A stretch of 32,000 nt of DNA from Deinococcus radiodurans R1 = ATCC 13939 = DSM 20539 (GCF_000008565.1 NC_001264.1:90533-122532), one strand, 5' to 3'; counted from the stretch's first letter, positions 1 through 7,448 are shown. Made by a program: numbers and translations. The notes: generated from the letters alone by a model not told the origin.

Positions 1-13
1 TGGGCGTGAAGCG

Positions 14-1390
14 GTGAGCGCGGCTCAGCGGGGCTACTTCCTCGCCTATCAGGTGGCGTGGCTCAACGACGACAGCCGCCTGAAGATTGCCGAGAAGTCG
101 CGGCGCATCGGCTGGACCTACACCCAGGCTTACGAGGACGTGCGGGACGCGGCCAAGGAAGGCGGCATGGACGTGTGGTTCAGCTCGGCTGACCTGACCG
201 CCGCCCGTGAGTACATCCGCTACGTTCAGATGTGGGCACGGATTCTGAACGTGGTCGCCACCGACCTGGGCGAAGTGGTGCTCGAAGGCTCAGGCGAGAG
301 TGCCATCAAAGCCTTCGTGGTGGCCTTCGCCAACGGCAAGCGCATCACCGCGCTGTCGAGCAACCCCAAGGGCTTCCGGTCCAAGGGGGGCAAGGTCGTG
401 CTTGACGAGTTCGCCTTCCACGAAGACGCTGATGAACTCTGGCGGGCCGCCGCGCCGTCGGTGCTGTGGGGCTACCCCATTCGGGTCTTTTCCTCGCACA
501 ACGGCAAGGACTGCCGCTTCTACCAGATGGTGCAGGAGGCGCAGCAGGCGGACAGCAAGTGGACGCTGCACTCGGTGACCATCGTGGACGCCATCCGTGA
601 CGGACTGGTCGAGCGCATCATGAACCTGGACCGTCCGGCCACCGCTGCCGAGGTGGAAGCGTTCCTGGCCGAGTGTCGGGCCATTGCAGGCGACGACGAG
701 ACGTTCCAGCAGGAATTCATGTGCAACCCCCTGGACGGGACGGCGGCCTACATCAGCCACGCGCTGTTCGATGCCAATGTCGCGGCTGAGGTGCCCGACC
801 CCATCGTGATTCTGGGCAGCGAGATTCACGACATTCCCCTGCCCGACTACCGCCCTGCCCTGCAATTCAAGCGGGCAGGCGGTCAGCTCTACCTGGGCGT
901 GGACATCGGGCGCAAACGCGACCTGACGGTGCTGTGGGTGTGGGAAAAGGTGGGAGACACGCTCTGGACTCGGGCCGTTGTCGAGCTGCACATCGTCAAG
1001 TTCCGTTATCAGTTTCGCTGGCTGGAGCATCTGCTGCCCATGACCACCCACGCCGAGATGGACGAAACGGGCCTGGGGGCGCAACTGGCCGAAGACGCCG
1101 AGGAAGATTTCGGCTCCGAGAAGGTCACGAAGGTGACGTTCAACGAGAAGGAAAAGAAAGACCTCGCCGTGGGCTTCAAGAACGCGCTGGAAGACAGCAG
1201 CCTGCGCCTGCCAGGGACAGCGGTGGTCCGGGCCGACTTCAAGAAAATTCGGCGCACCGTGTCACCCAGTGGCAACGTGCTGTTCAAGGGCGAGCGGGAC
1301 GCGGACGGCCACGCTGACCGCTTCTGGGCGGCGGCGCTGGGACGGCGGGCGAGTACCCGCGTCGTAGGCGGCGGCATCATCACGCTCTGA
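14..1390 (+). CDS. terL: phage terminase large subunit (Mu gp28-like type)
   Basis: 458-aa ORF. The N-terminus YQVAWLNDDSRLKIAEKSRRIGWT matches the degenerate Walker-A region I recall for gp28-type terminases, and VVLDEFAF is Walker-B-like. It is the first gene of the head module and the portal follows directly. The frame is open to the window edge, so the true start could lie upstream. A TGA at 7-9 may end the small terminase gene. Confidence 0.85.
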   Translation: MSAAQRGYFLAYQVAWLNDDSRLKIAEKSRRIGWTYTQAYEDVRDAAKEGGMDVWFSSADLTAAREYIRYVQMWARILNVVATDLGEVVLEGSGESAIKAFVVAFANGKRITALSSNPKGFRSKGGKVVLDEFAFHEDADELWRAAAPSVLWGYPIRVFSSHNGKDCRFYQMVQEAQQADSKWTLHSVTIVDAIRDGLVERIMNLDRPATAAEVEAFLAECRAIAGDDETFQQEFMCNPLDGTAAYISHALFDANVAAEVPDPIVILGSEIHDIPLPDYRPALQFKRAGGQLYLGVDIGRKRDLTVLWVWEKVGDTLWTRAVVELHIVKFRYQFRWLEHLLPMTTHAEMDETGLGAQLAEDAEEDFGSEKVTKVTFNEKEKKDLAVGFKNALEDSSLRLPGTAVVRADFKKIRRTVSPSGNVLFKGERDADGHADRFWAAALGRRASTRVVGGGIITL

Positions 1391-1441
1391 AGGGGGCCAA
1401 ACTATGGACCTAAACATTCTGACGGCCCTCATCACGGGCCA

Positions 1442-2738
1442 GTGGCGCAGATTGCGGGCATTCGCCAGAACGAGGTGGACGCCCGCAACGCCATCAGCGG
1501 CTTGGGCCTGGAACAGATGATCGGCGAACTCTTCCCCGGTGTGGACGGTCAGCTGCTGACCGCCAACAAGGACGTGGTGAACCATCTTCAGCAAGGGGTC
1601 AACCGCTACGTGCGGGCGCTGACGCGGGGCACGCTGAACTGGGAATGGGACGGGGAGAACGACCCGCCTGACCTCAATCCTGGTGTACTGCTGAACATTG
1701 CAGGCCGGGACCTGGTGCAGGACGCCACCACCGACGCTCTGGTCACAGGCAAGTTCGCCTATTTTCCTTACATCGGCCCGGACAACCGGCGTGCGCCTGA
1801 ATACCTTGACCGGGTTCCTGTGGCCCATCTATGAGGCCGGAGACGCGAGCGAGGTGCAGGCCGTCTTGCAAGTCACCAGCTATGTGGTAGACGGCAAGAC
1901 GCTCTTTCAGGTGCGCCGCTTCAGCTCTGGCATGATGGAAGTCTTCAAGGGCCTGGAAGACTGGCAGAAGTACGCCACCGGGCAGCGCGAAGAGTTCCCA
2001 CAGCCGCACTGTCCTGACCGGCTCCCCATCGCTTTCCGCGTGGTGGGCCGGGACGCCAACCGCGAACCCGAGGGCCTCGCCATGACCGCGTTGCCCGCTT
2101 TCCGGCGGTACGTGAAGGCGACGGTGCTGCTCGCCTTCATCGCCCACCGGGGGGGCTTTGAGGAACGGGTCGCCAAGAGTGACCAACTGTTCCAAATCGC
2201 CAAGAGCGATCCCCACAACCCGCTGCTGAGCGAGCTAAAGCAGGTGGGGCCGAACAAGGTCCGCGTCATGGACTCCGGCGGCAGCTACGACCGCCTGGAA
2301 CCCGTCAAGCTGGCTGAATACCGTGAGCAGGAGCGGGACGCCAAGGCCGACGTGCGTGGGGCGCTCTACATGCCCGACGTGGACGGGGCCGACCTGAGCG
2401 GTGAAGCCCTGGCCGAAAAGCGCGAGTCCTACACCGAGACGACCACCAGCCTGGGCAACAGCGTGGCCGACGCGCTGACCGAGGCCCACGAGCTGGCGGC
2501 GGCCATGCGCCCGGCTGAACTGCGCTCAGGCTGGCGGGTGACCCTGAAGCCTCACTTCACCCGCGATGTGGAGTCCGCCCGTGTCGCCCTGCGCGAGGAT
2601 TACAAGGCGGGCCTGCCGCTCTCGGCGTGGCTGTCTGGCCTTCAGAACCTCGGGGTCACCGAAGTCACCGAAGCTCACATCAACGCGGCCCTGGCGCAGG
2701 AAGAGGCGGGCACCCTGCCCCGGCCTGACGGCGCATGA
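1442..2738 (+). pseudogene. phage portal protein, frame broken near 1786-1792 (one extra base); start uncertain (GTG 1442 or ATG 1404)
   Basis: Two overlapping ORFs (1442-1834 and 1698-2738) join sensibly as ...FPYIGPDN|GVRLNTLTGFLWPIYEAGD. The combined ~430-445 aa and the position between terminase and MuF gene fit a portal. Its stop overlaps the next gene start (ATGA at 2735). Confidence 0.7.
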
Positions 2739-3496
2739 CCGACGCCGTGATTGACCGCATCATCCGCGAGCTGGGCAAGCGGGGCGACGACCTGGAGGCG
2801 CGGGGTCTCGCTGTGGTGCAGTACCTGTACGAGGACCTGAACCTGGCCGAGCTGATCGAGGTGCTCCGGGCGGCCACCGAACTGGACAGTCCACTGGCTC
2901 GGCTGGGGTACGCCGACGAGCTGCTCGGCATCTTCGACGACGTGGCGGCGGAGCTGGCCGAGCCGCCCGCCGGGTTGGTGCAGGCCGTGCGGAGTGCGGT
3001 CGAGTCCGGCATCACCGGCACGGCGGAGATGTTCGCCGCCTCGCAGACGGTCACCAGCGCCTTCACCGTGCCGCCCACGCTGCAACTCGAATGGATGGAC
3101 GATGCCGAGCGGCGGATGCGCGAGTTCTGGGGCAACGAGCCGGCCCGCTTTCGGCAGGAAATCCACGACGCGCTTGTGGATGGACTGAAACGCGGTCAGG
3201 GCATCGACCAGATGAGCAAGCGCATCCAGGACCGGGTGGGGGTCAGCCGCTCACGGGCCTCGTTGATTGCCCGCAACGAGGTGGGCAACGCGGCGGCCTA
3301 CGCCACGCAGAAGAGCCAGGCGCAGGCGGGCTGCGCGGAGTACATCTGGCGCAGCGCCAAGGACCGCCGCGTGCGGCCCGAGCACGCCAAGCGGGACGGC
3401 AAGCGCTTTTCCTGGGACGACCCGCCGCCGGACGGGCACCCCGGCGAGCCGATCAACTGCCGGTGCGTGGCCCTGGCTGTGATTCCGGGTGAGTAG
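2735..3496 (+). CDS. head morphogenesis protein, SPP1 gp7 / Mu F family
   Basis: C-terminal signature ARNEVGNAAAY...WRSAKDRRVRPEHAKRDGKRFSWDDPPPDGHPGEPINCRCVA is typical of the Phage_Mu_F domain. The gene sits directly after the portal. Confidence 0.9.
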   Translation: MTDAVIDRIIRELGKRGDDLEARGLAVVQYLYEDLNLAELIEVLRAATELDSPLARLGYADELLGIFDDVAAELAEPPAGLVQAVRSAVESGITGTAEMFAASQTVTSAFTVPPTLQLEWMDDAERRMREFWGNEPARFRQEIHDALVDGLKRGQGIDQMSKRIQDRVGVSRSRASLIARNEVGNAAAYATQKSQAQAGCAEYIWRSAKDRRVRPEHAKRDGKRFSWDDPPPDGHPGEPINCRCVALAVIPGE

Positions 3497-3505
3497 AATT
3501 GGCAG

Positions 3506-3835
3506 GTGAGAAAAATCCTGTTGGGAGCGCTGCTCCTTTCAGGCGTGGCTAATGCGGCCACGACCTGGGAGTACGCCGAGTTAACCGTCATCTCGACCAG
3601 TACGCCACAAATGTACTTCTGGATTTCGCCTGACAAAGACGGGATGGGAGCCAGTGCGACCGGCAAAACCCGTGACGAGCTGGGGGCGAAGGCCAACTGT
3701 GGCAGCCTGAAGATTGTCAACAACAGCGATTTTTTCAACTGTGTCGGCAAGAGGGGCTGGGAACTGGTCAGCACCAACATGGAGCAGACACCACCCACTA
3801 AGATGACGACCTACCTGTTCAAACGCAGCAAATAA
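3506..3835 (+). CDS. small secreted protein (moron); possibly DUF4177-like
   Basis: 109-aa ORF with a Sec signal peptide MRKILLGALLLSGVANA|ATT. It has visibly lower GC and different codon usage from its neighbours, two Cys residues, and WEY...GWELVS...YLFKR motifs that I recall from DUF4177. Tandem hairpins and a T-run follow it. Confidence 0.7.
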   Translation: MRKILLGALLLSGVANAATTWEYAELTVISTSTPQMYFWISPDKDGMGASATGKTRDELGAKANCGSLKIVNNSDFFNCVGKRGWELVSTNMEQTPPTKMTTYLFKRSK

Positions 3836-3854
3836 CCTCGTTGCAGCCCTGCAC

Positions 3855-3935
3855 ACGCCAGCCGCTACCTCCCCGGTAGTGTGCTGGCGTCCCGCTGTGT
3901 GGCAGGCCCCGGTAACACGCGGGCGGATTTTTCTC
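3855..3935 (+). terminator. tandem stem-loops plus T-run after the moron (putative intrinsic terminator)
   Basis: Hairpin 1: ACGCCAGC 3855-3862 pairs with GCTGGCGT 3883-3890, with an inner GCTACC/GGTAGT helix. Hairpin 2: CCCGC(T)GTGT 3891-3900 pairs with ACACGCGGG 3915-3923. CGGATTTTTCT follows. Confidence 0.45.
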
Positions 3936-4111
3936 ACGCGCTCTGACCCCCGCCGACCTGCGAAGCGGGGGTCAAGTGTTTGCCGCCCACGCCCCAACAA
4001 GCGAACGTTGGGCCTCTCTGAGCCTCAGCGGAGGCCGGGGGGCTATAGCACTGCGGTCAGACCAGACGAGGGGGCTTAAAACGCCTCCCGTTGTCATTTC
4101 TGGAGGAACCC

Positions 4112-4879
4112 ATGACGGCACCCGAGAACACCACCCCGCCCCCCGCTCCTGCACCCAGCAATGCCCCGGCTTTCCAGCCGACGGAAACGCTGGCCCTCGC
4201 CCGCGAGAACGCCCGCCTCGCGGCGGAGTTGCAGACGGTCACGACCGAACGCGACCAGCTCAAGGGGCAGGTCACTGACCTGGAGGTCAAAGTGAACAGC
4301 AGCAAAGAAGCCGAGTTGCAGCAGCAGCTCGACGCCATGAAGGCCGAGAACGAGACGCTGAAGACCAAAGTCAGCACGTTCGAGGAACGCGACACCACTG
4401 CCGAGCGCACCAAGCTGCTCGACGGCAAGGTCAGCGACGTGCAGCTCGCCCTGCGAGTGCTCGACCCTGAAAAGCACCTGAACGCCGACGGCACGTTGAA
4501 GACCGACGCGCTCTACACCGATTTCCCGTCACTCGCCCCGGCGGGCATCACCACGCCCACCGCGCCCGACGGCGGCGGCGGCAGCCAGCGCACGGCGGCG
4601 GGCGCCACGTCGCTCGACCGCGCCGTTCAGGGCGGATCACTGGCCGACATCAACGCGGCCTTCGACGCGGCGTCACGCCCGCCAAGTAAGCCTCCGGCCC
4701 TAAGCCCCCTCTCTCCGAGGTGTCACCGTGACCCTACTCAGCAATCCCAAAATCTGGTCGGCCCGCCTGCTGGCCCATCTGGACAAGACCTTCGTCTACG
4801 GCGCGGCCTTCACCAATCGCAACTACGAAGGCGAAATCAAGGACGCGGGCACCAGCGTCCGCATCCTCCAGGTCGGTGA
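4112..4879 (+). CDS. head scaffolding protein; the ORF as written reads through into the capsid gene, probable true end at TAA 4687-4689 after a 1-nt indel near 4665-4675
   Basis: RBS GGAGGA 4102-4107 precedes ATG 4112. The protein has an Ala/Pro-rich N-terminus and a long coiled-coil region (LAAELQTVTTERDQLKGQVTDLEVKV...QQQLDAMKAENETLKTKV), and sits immediately upstream of the capsid gene. The last ~65 aa are Arg/Pro-rich off-frame-like sequence overlapping the capsid RBS and start. The alternative frame gives ...DAAVTPAK-stop. Confidence 0.6.
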   Translation: MTAPENTTPPPAPAPSNAPAFQPTETLALARENARLAAELQTVTTERDQLKGQVTDLEVKVNSSKEAELQQQLDAMKAENETLKTKVSTFEERDTTAERTKLLDGKVSDVQLALRVLDPEKHLNADGTLKTDALYTDFPSLAPAGITTPTAPDGGGGSQRTAAGATSLDRAVQGGSLADINAAFDAASRPPSKPPALSPLSPRCHRDPTQQSQNLVGPPAGPSGQDLRLRRGLHQSQLRRRNQGRGHQRPHPPGR

Positions 4880-5582
4880 CGTGAGCATCAGCGACTACAC
4901 CGGCACCCTGAACGACCCCGAAGGGCTCAACGACGCCGCGCTCGAACTGGTCATCGACCAGAAGAAATACTTCAACTTCGTCGTGGACGATGTGGAAGCG
5001 CAGCAGAGCATCATCCGCCTGGTGGACGAAGGCTCCAAGCGTGCTGCTCAGGCCATGAGCGACGTGCGTGACCTTTACGTGGCGGGTTTCCACAGCGCCG
5101 TCGATGCCGCCAACCTCGTCGGCACCGACGCCACGCCCGTCGTGGTCGGTTTCGCAGGCGGGCAGACCAAGCCCTACGACGCTTTCCTCGACCTGACTCA
5201 GAAGCTCGACGAGGCCAACATCCCCACCGTGGATCGCCGCGTGGTGCTGCCGCCCTGGTTCATTCGCGCCCTGAAGGCGCAGTTCGGGGACCGGGGCAGC
5301 GGCCTGGGCGACAAGATCGCCCTCGACGGTATGGCCGGGCAGCTCGACGGCGTGACCATCTACCAGTCCAATAACGTGCCCAACGTGGGCGGCGAGAAGT
5401 ACAAGATCATGATGGGCAAGGACTACATCACCTTCGCCGACCAGATCGTGAAGACTGAAACCTACCGCCCCGAGCGCAAGTTCGGCACCGGCGTCAAGGG
5501 CCTGCACGTCTACGGCGCCAAGAACCTTCAGCCCAAGGGCTTCGCCGTCGGCACCTTCAACAAGGGCCAGATCAGCAAGTAA
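4728..5582 (+). CDS. major capsid protein
   Basis: RBS GAGGTG precedes GTG 4728. The 284-aa ORF follows the scaffold gene. Its N-terminus LSNPKIWSARLLAHLDKTFVYGAAFTNRNYEGEIKDAGTSVRILQVGDV resembles small P22-coat-like capsid families (from memory). A strong intrinsic terminator follows. Confidence 0.8.
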   Translation: MTLLSNPKIWSARLLAHLDKTFVYGAAFTNRNYEGEIKDAGTSVRILQVGDVSISDYTGTLNDPEGLNDAALELVIDQKKYFNFVVDDVEAQQSIIRLVDEGSKRAAQAMSDVRDLYVAGFHSAVDAANLVGTDATPVVVGFAGGQTKPYDAFLDLTQKLDEANIPTVDRRVVLPPWFIRALKAQFGDRGSGLGDKIALDGMAGQLDGVTIYQSNNVPNVGGEKYKIMMGKDYITFADQIVKTETYRPERKFGTGVKGLHVYGAKNLQPKGFAVGTFNKGQISK

Positions 5583-5602
5583 TTTTCCCCCTGGACCGAC
5601 TG

Positions 5603-5628
5603 AGCCTCCCTGACCGGGGGGCTTTTTT
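5603..5628 (+). terminator. rho-independent terminator after the capsid gene
   Basis: AGCCTCCC 5603-5610 pairs with GGGGGGCT 5616-5623 (8 bp, one G-U), loop TGACC. The last stem base starts a run of six T (5623-5628). Confidence 0.75.
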
Positions 5629-5645
5629 CGTTCCCTGAGGTGCTC

Positions 5646-5897
5646 ATGAGCGATGAGAAACAAGACAGCGCCTGGTTCCGCCACCGCGACAGCGGGCAGG
5701 TGTTCGAGGCGTCGGGCCGCTTCCTGCCGGACGCCCGCAAGAACCGGGAGCTGGAAGAAACCATCAACCCGGAAACGGCGGTCAAGATGGAACTCGACAA
5801 GCGCGAAATCAAGTACCAGCCCAACACCGGCTACAAGAAGCTCCAGGCGCTGTTGACTGAAGCCCTCGAAGCCGAAGCGGCGCAGAAGCCCGACTGA
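5646..5897 (+). CDS. hypothetical phage protein
   Basis: RBS GAGGTG precedes ATG 5646. The 83-aa charged protein has a stop overlapping the next start (TGATG at 5895-5899). Confidence 0.55.
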   Translation: MSDEKQDSAWFRHRDSGQVFEASGRFLPDARKNRELEETINPETAVKMELDKREIKYQPNTGYKKLQALLTEALEAEAAQKPD

Positions 5898-6262
5898 TGG
5901 CCGGCCAAACCAATCCGCGTGACGCCCCTGCGTGCATCGCCCTCGCCCAGCGGCAGGTCGGAGACGCGGGCGGCTGGACGCCGGAGCAGTGGCAGGCGCA
6001 GCTCACTGACGACGGCGCCGTGCGCCCGGTAGAGGGCGTGCAGCAGATGTTCTACCGCCCCTACAAAACGGCGATCGCCTACCTGCTGCGCCCCCGCGTG
6101 ACCGCTCGTGTTGAGGGCGACGTGTCCGAGCAGTACGGCGACCTGACCGCGACAGTGGAAAACCTGCGCGAGCTGGATGCCGAGTGGGTAGCGGGACGCA
6201 TCCCACCCGAGGCGGTCAGCGCCGACACCTGGGACAGCACCATCACCTGGGGCGGCTGGTAA
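5897..6262 (+). CDS. head-tail connector/adaptor candidate
   Basis: 121-aa ORF translationally coupled on both sides (TGATG upstream, TAATG downstream). The call rests on its position between the capsid and head-closure genes. Confidence 0.55.
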   Translation: MAGQTNPRDAPACIALAQRQVGDAGGWTPEQWQAQLTDDGAVRPVEGVQQMFYRPYKTAIAYLLRPRVTARVEGDVSEQYGDLTATVENLRELDAEWVAGRIPPEAVSADTWDSTITWGGW

Positions 6263-6582
6263 TGCTGCTTCCTCAGTTCCGTGACGAGGCCGTGACCCTG
6301 CTGGTGCAGGTGCCTGGGCAGAAGGGGCGGCTGGGCGGCGAGGTCAGTCCACCGACCTACACGCCTGGTGAGACGCACACGGCGCTGGTGACGAATCTGG
6401 GTGCAGAGCAGGCCGTGAAGCTGGGGCTGACGGCCACCGGGCAGCGCTGGCGGGTGCGCCTGCCTGCGGGCGTCCTGGTCGTGCCGGGGGACCGCCTGCG
6501 GTTCCGGGGCCGGGAATGGAAGGCCGCGCTGGTCGAAGTGCGGACAAGCTACACCAAGGTGATTGCGGAGGAAATCCGCTAA
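6262..6582 (+). CDS. head closure / head-tail joining protein candidate
   Basis: ATG 6262 overlaps the upstream TAA. Size is ~106 aa. The pattern ...GETHTALVTNLGAEQAV...RWRVRLPAGVLVVPGDRLRFRGREWKAALVEV resembles head-tail joining proteins of the SPP1 gp16 / HK97 gp9 type. Confidence 0.6.
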   Translation: MLLPQFRDEAVTLLVQVPGQKGRLGGEVSPPTYTPGETHTALVTNLGAEQAVKLGLTATGQRWRVRLPAGVLVVPGDRLRFRGREWKAALVEVRTSYTKVIAEEIR

Positions 6583-6585
6583 AAT
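6580..6585 (+). promoter_or_regulatory. -10-like hexamer TAAAAT, 7 nt upstream of the first base of the tRNA-like RNA
   Basis: TAAAAT at 6580-6585 overlaps the TAA stop of the upstream gene. A6593, the first acceptor-stem base, lies 7 nt downstream. No convincing -35 was seen. Confidence 0.3.
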
Positions 6586-6592
6586 CCTTGTG

Positions 6593-6696
6593 ACGCGGTT
6601 GGGTGAGAGGCTGAAACCTATAGCCGTTATGAGTCATGGGAGTGAGGAACGGCTCAATACTCCACATGACCATCCGTTCGAATCGGATGCCGCGTG
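6593..6696 (+). ncRNA. tRNA-like structured RNA (non-canonical; no anticodon arm, pseudoknot-compatible core)
   Basis: Acceptor stem: ACGCGGT 6593-6599 pairs with GCCGCGT 6689-6695 (6 WC + 1 G-U). T6600 is U8-like. D-arm 6602-6618 is GGTG/AGAGGCTGA/AACC with GG in the loop. T-arm is ATCCG 6672-6676, loop TTCGAAT 6677-6683, CGGAT 6684-6688, abutting the acceptor 3' strand. G6696 is the discriminator and no CCA is encoded. The central 52 nt form two helices: 6622-6628 with 6648-6654 (7 bp) and 6633-6643 with 6659-6670 (11 bp, A6664 bulged). Confidence 0.5.
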
Positions 6697-6698
6697 TC

Positions 6699-6720
6699 CT
6701 GCCCAGAGATGGGCAGTTTT
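6699..6720 (+). terminator. rho-independent terminator directly after the tRNA-like RNA
   Basis: CTGCCCA 6699-6705 pairs with TGGGCAG 6710-6716 (7 bp), tetraloop GAGA, then TTTTCCATTT. Confidence 0.6.
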
Positions 6721-6739
6721 CCATTTGGAGAGTGAACTA

Positions 6740-7114
6740 GTGCCAGCCGACTTCAGCAGTGTTCGAGAAGCGGGAATAGACGTGCTTCAGCAGGAACTCG
6801 CCAATCGGGCGCAGCGCCTGCGAAATGGCATTGTCGAGGAACTCTCCCGCCCCGGCACAGGCCGCACCTACCGCACGGGCCACCGCACCGCGCCCCACAG
6901 CACCCACCAGGCCAGTGCCCCCGGCGAGTCTCCAGCGGTCAATACGGGCCGACTCCGGCAGTCCATCACCGCGTTGCGGATCAGCCCGATGAACTGGCGG
7001 GTGGGGACAAACGTGGACTACGCCCTGCACCTGGAGTTCGGCACACGGCGCATGGCCCCCCGCCCGTTCCTGCGCCCGGCAGCAGACAAAGAGCGTGAGC
7101 GTGGTGCGCCGTGA
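6740..7114 (+). CDS. HK97 gp10-family phage protein (tail/neck component)
   Basis: RBS GGAGAG 6727-6732 precedes GTG 6740. The signature HQASAPGESPAVNTGRLRQSI...VGTNVDYALHLEFGTRRMAPRPFLRPA is typical of the HK97 gp10 family, and ~124 aa is the usual size. The tracked ORF start at 6563 spans the RNA element and is probably not coding. Confidence 0.8.
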   Translation: MPADFSSVREAGIDVLQQELANRAQRLRNGIVEELSRPGTGRTYRTGHRTAPHSTHQASAPGESPAVNTGRLRQSITALRISPMNWRVGTNVDYALHLEFGTRRMAPRPFLRPAADKERERGAP

Positions 7115-7446
7115 GCGGGCCTTACGACGTGCTGGCTGATGCTTATGCGGCGCTGCTGGAACTGACCGAACGGGTCTACCTGCCGGACCAGTCGTTACCT
7201 GACGACGAAACTCCCCTCATCCGCCTGGACCTCATCGGCTGGACCGACCGCGCCCGCTACGGCTCGGCGTCCGCCCTCACCCGCATTCAGGTCAGTGTCT
7301 GGGCGAACAGCCTGGACGCGGCCATCAGCCTGCACCAGCAGGCCAGGGAGCGGCTCGTGGGCCTCCGGTACAGACCGGACGGCGGCGGGCAACTCAGCGA
7401 CCCCGACACCAAGCAGTTCGGCTGGAGAGCCGACTACCGGAGATAA
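7111..7446 (+). CDS. tail completion/terminator-like protein (DUF3168-like, by position)
   Basis: GTG 7111 overlaps the upstream stop (GTGA). The 111-aa ORF lies between the gp10-like and major tail genes. Confidence 0.5.
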   Translation: MSGPYDVLADAYAALLELTERVYLPDQSLPDDETPLIRLDLIGWTDRARYGSASALTRIQVSVWANSLDAAISLHQQARERLVGLRYRPDGGGQLSDPDTKQFGWRADYRR

Positions 7447-7448
7447 CC

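Noticed and set aside
4037-4090. GGGGGCTATAGCAC... resembles the 5' end of a tRNA (tRNA-Ala-like acceptor plus D region), and a 5-bp stem with 7-nt loop TTAAAAC lies at 4071-4087
   Set aside because: The D-stem does not pair. No T-arm or 3' acceptor strand follows, because the sequence runs straight into the scaffold RBS and ATG. It may be a hairpin or a tRNA-derived fragment, but it is not a gene.
4690-4879. C-terminal 65 aa of the scaffold ORF overlapping the capsid gene by 150 nt
   Set aside because: The sequence (RPPSKPPALSPLSPRCHRDPTQQSQ...RRRNQGRGHQRPHPPGR) is off-frame-like and covers the capsid RBS and start. It is more likely read-through caused by a 1-nt lesion than a real overlap.
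6593-6696. Calling the element a genuine tRNA gene
   Set aside because: At 104 nt it is too long. I checked every register of 6619-6671 and found no 5-bp stem with a 7-nt loop, so no anticodon can be assigned. It is reported as tRNA-like ncRNA instead.
6563-6739. N-terminal extension of the gp10-like ORF (TTG 6563 or ATG 6629) as coding sequence
   Set aside because: The extension spans the upstream gene's stop, the whole structured RNA and an intrinsic terminator. Neither start has an RBS, whereas GTG 6740 has GGAGAG at the right spacing and gives the typical family size. The frame being open over ~52 lower-GC codons is a mild counter-argument, so coding is not fully excluded.
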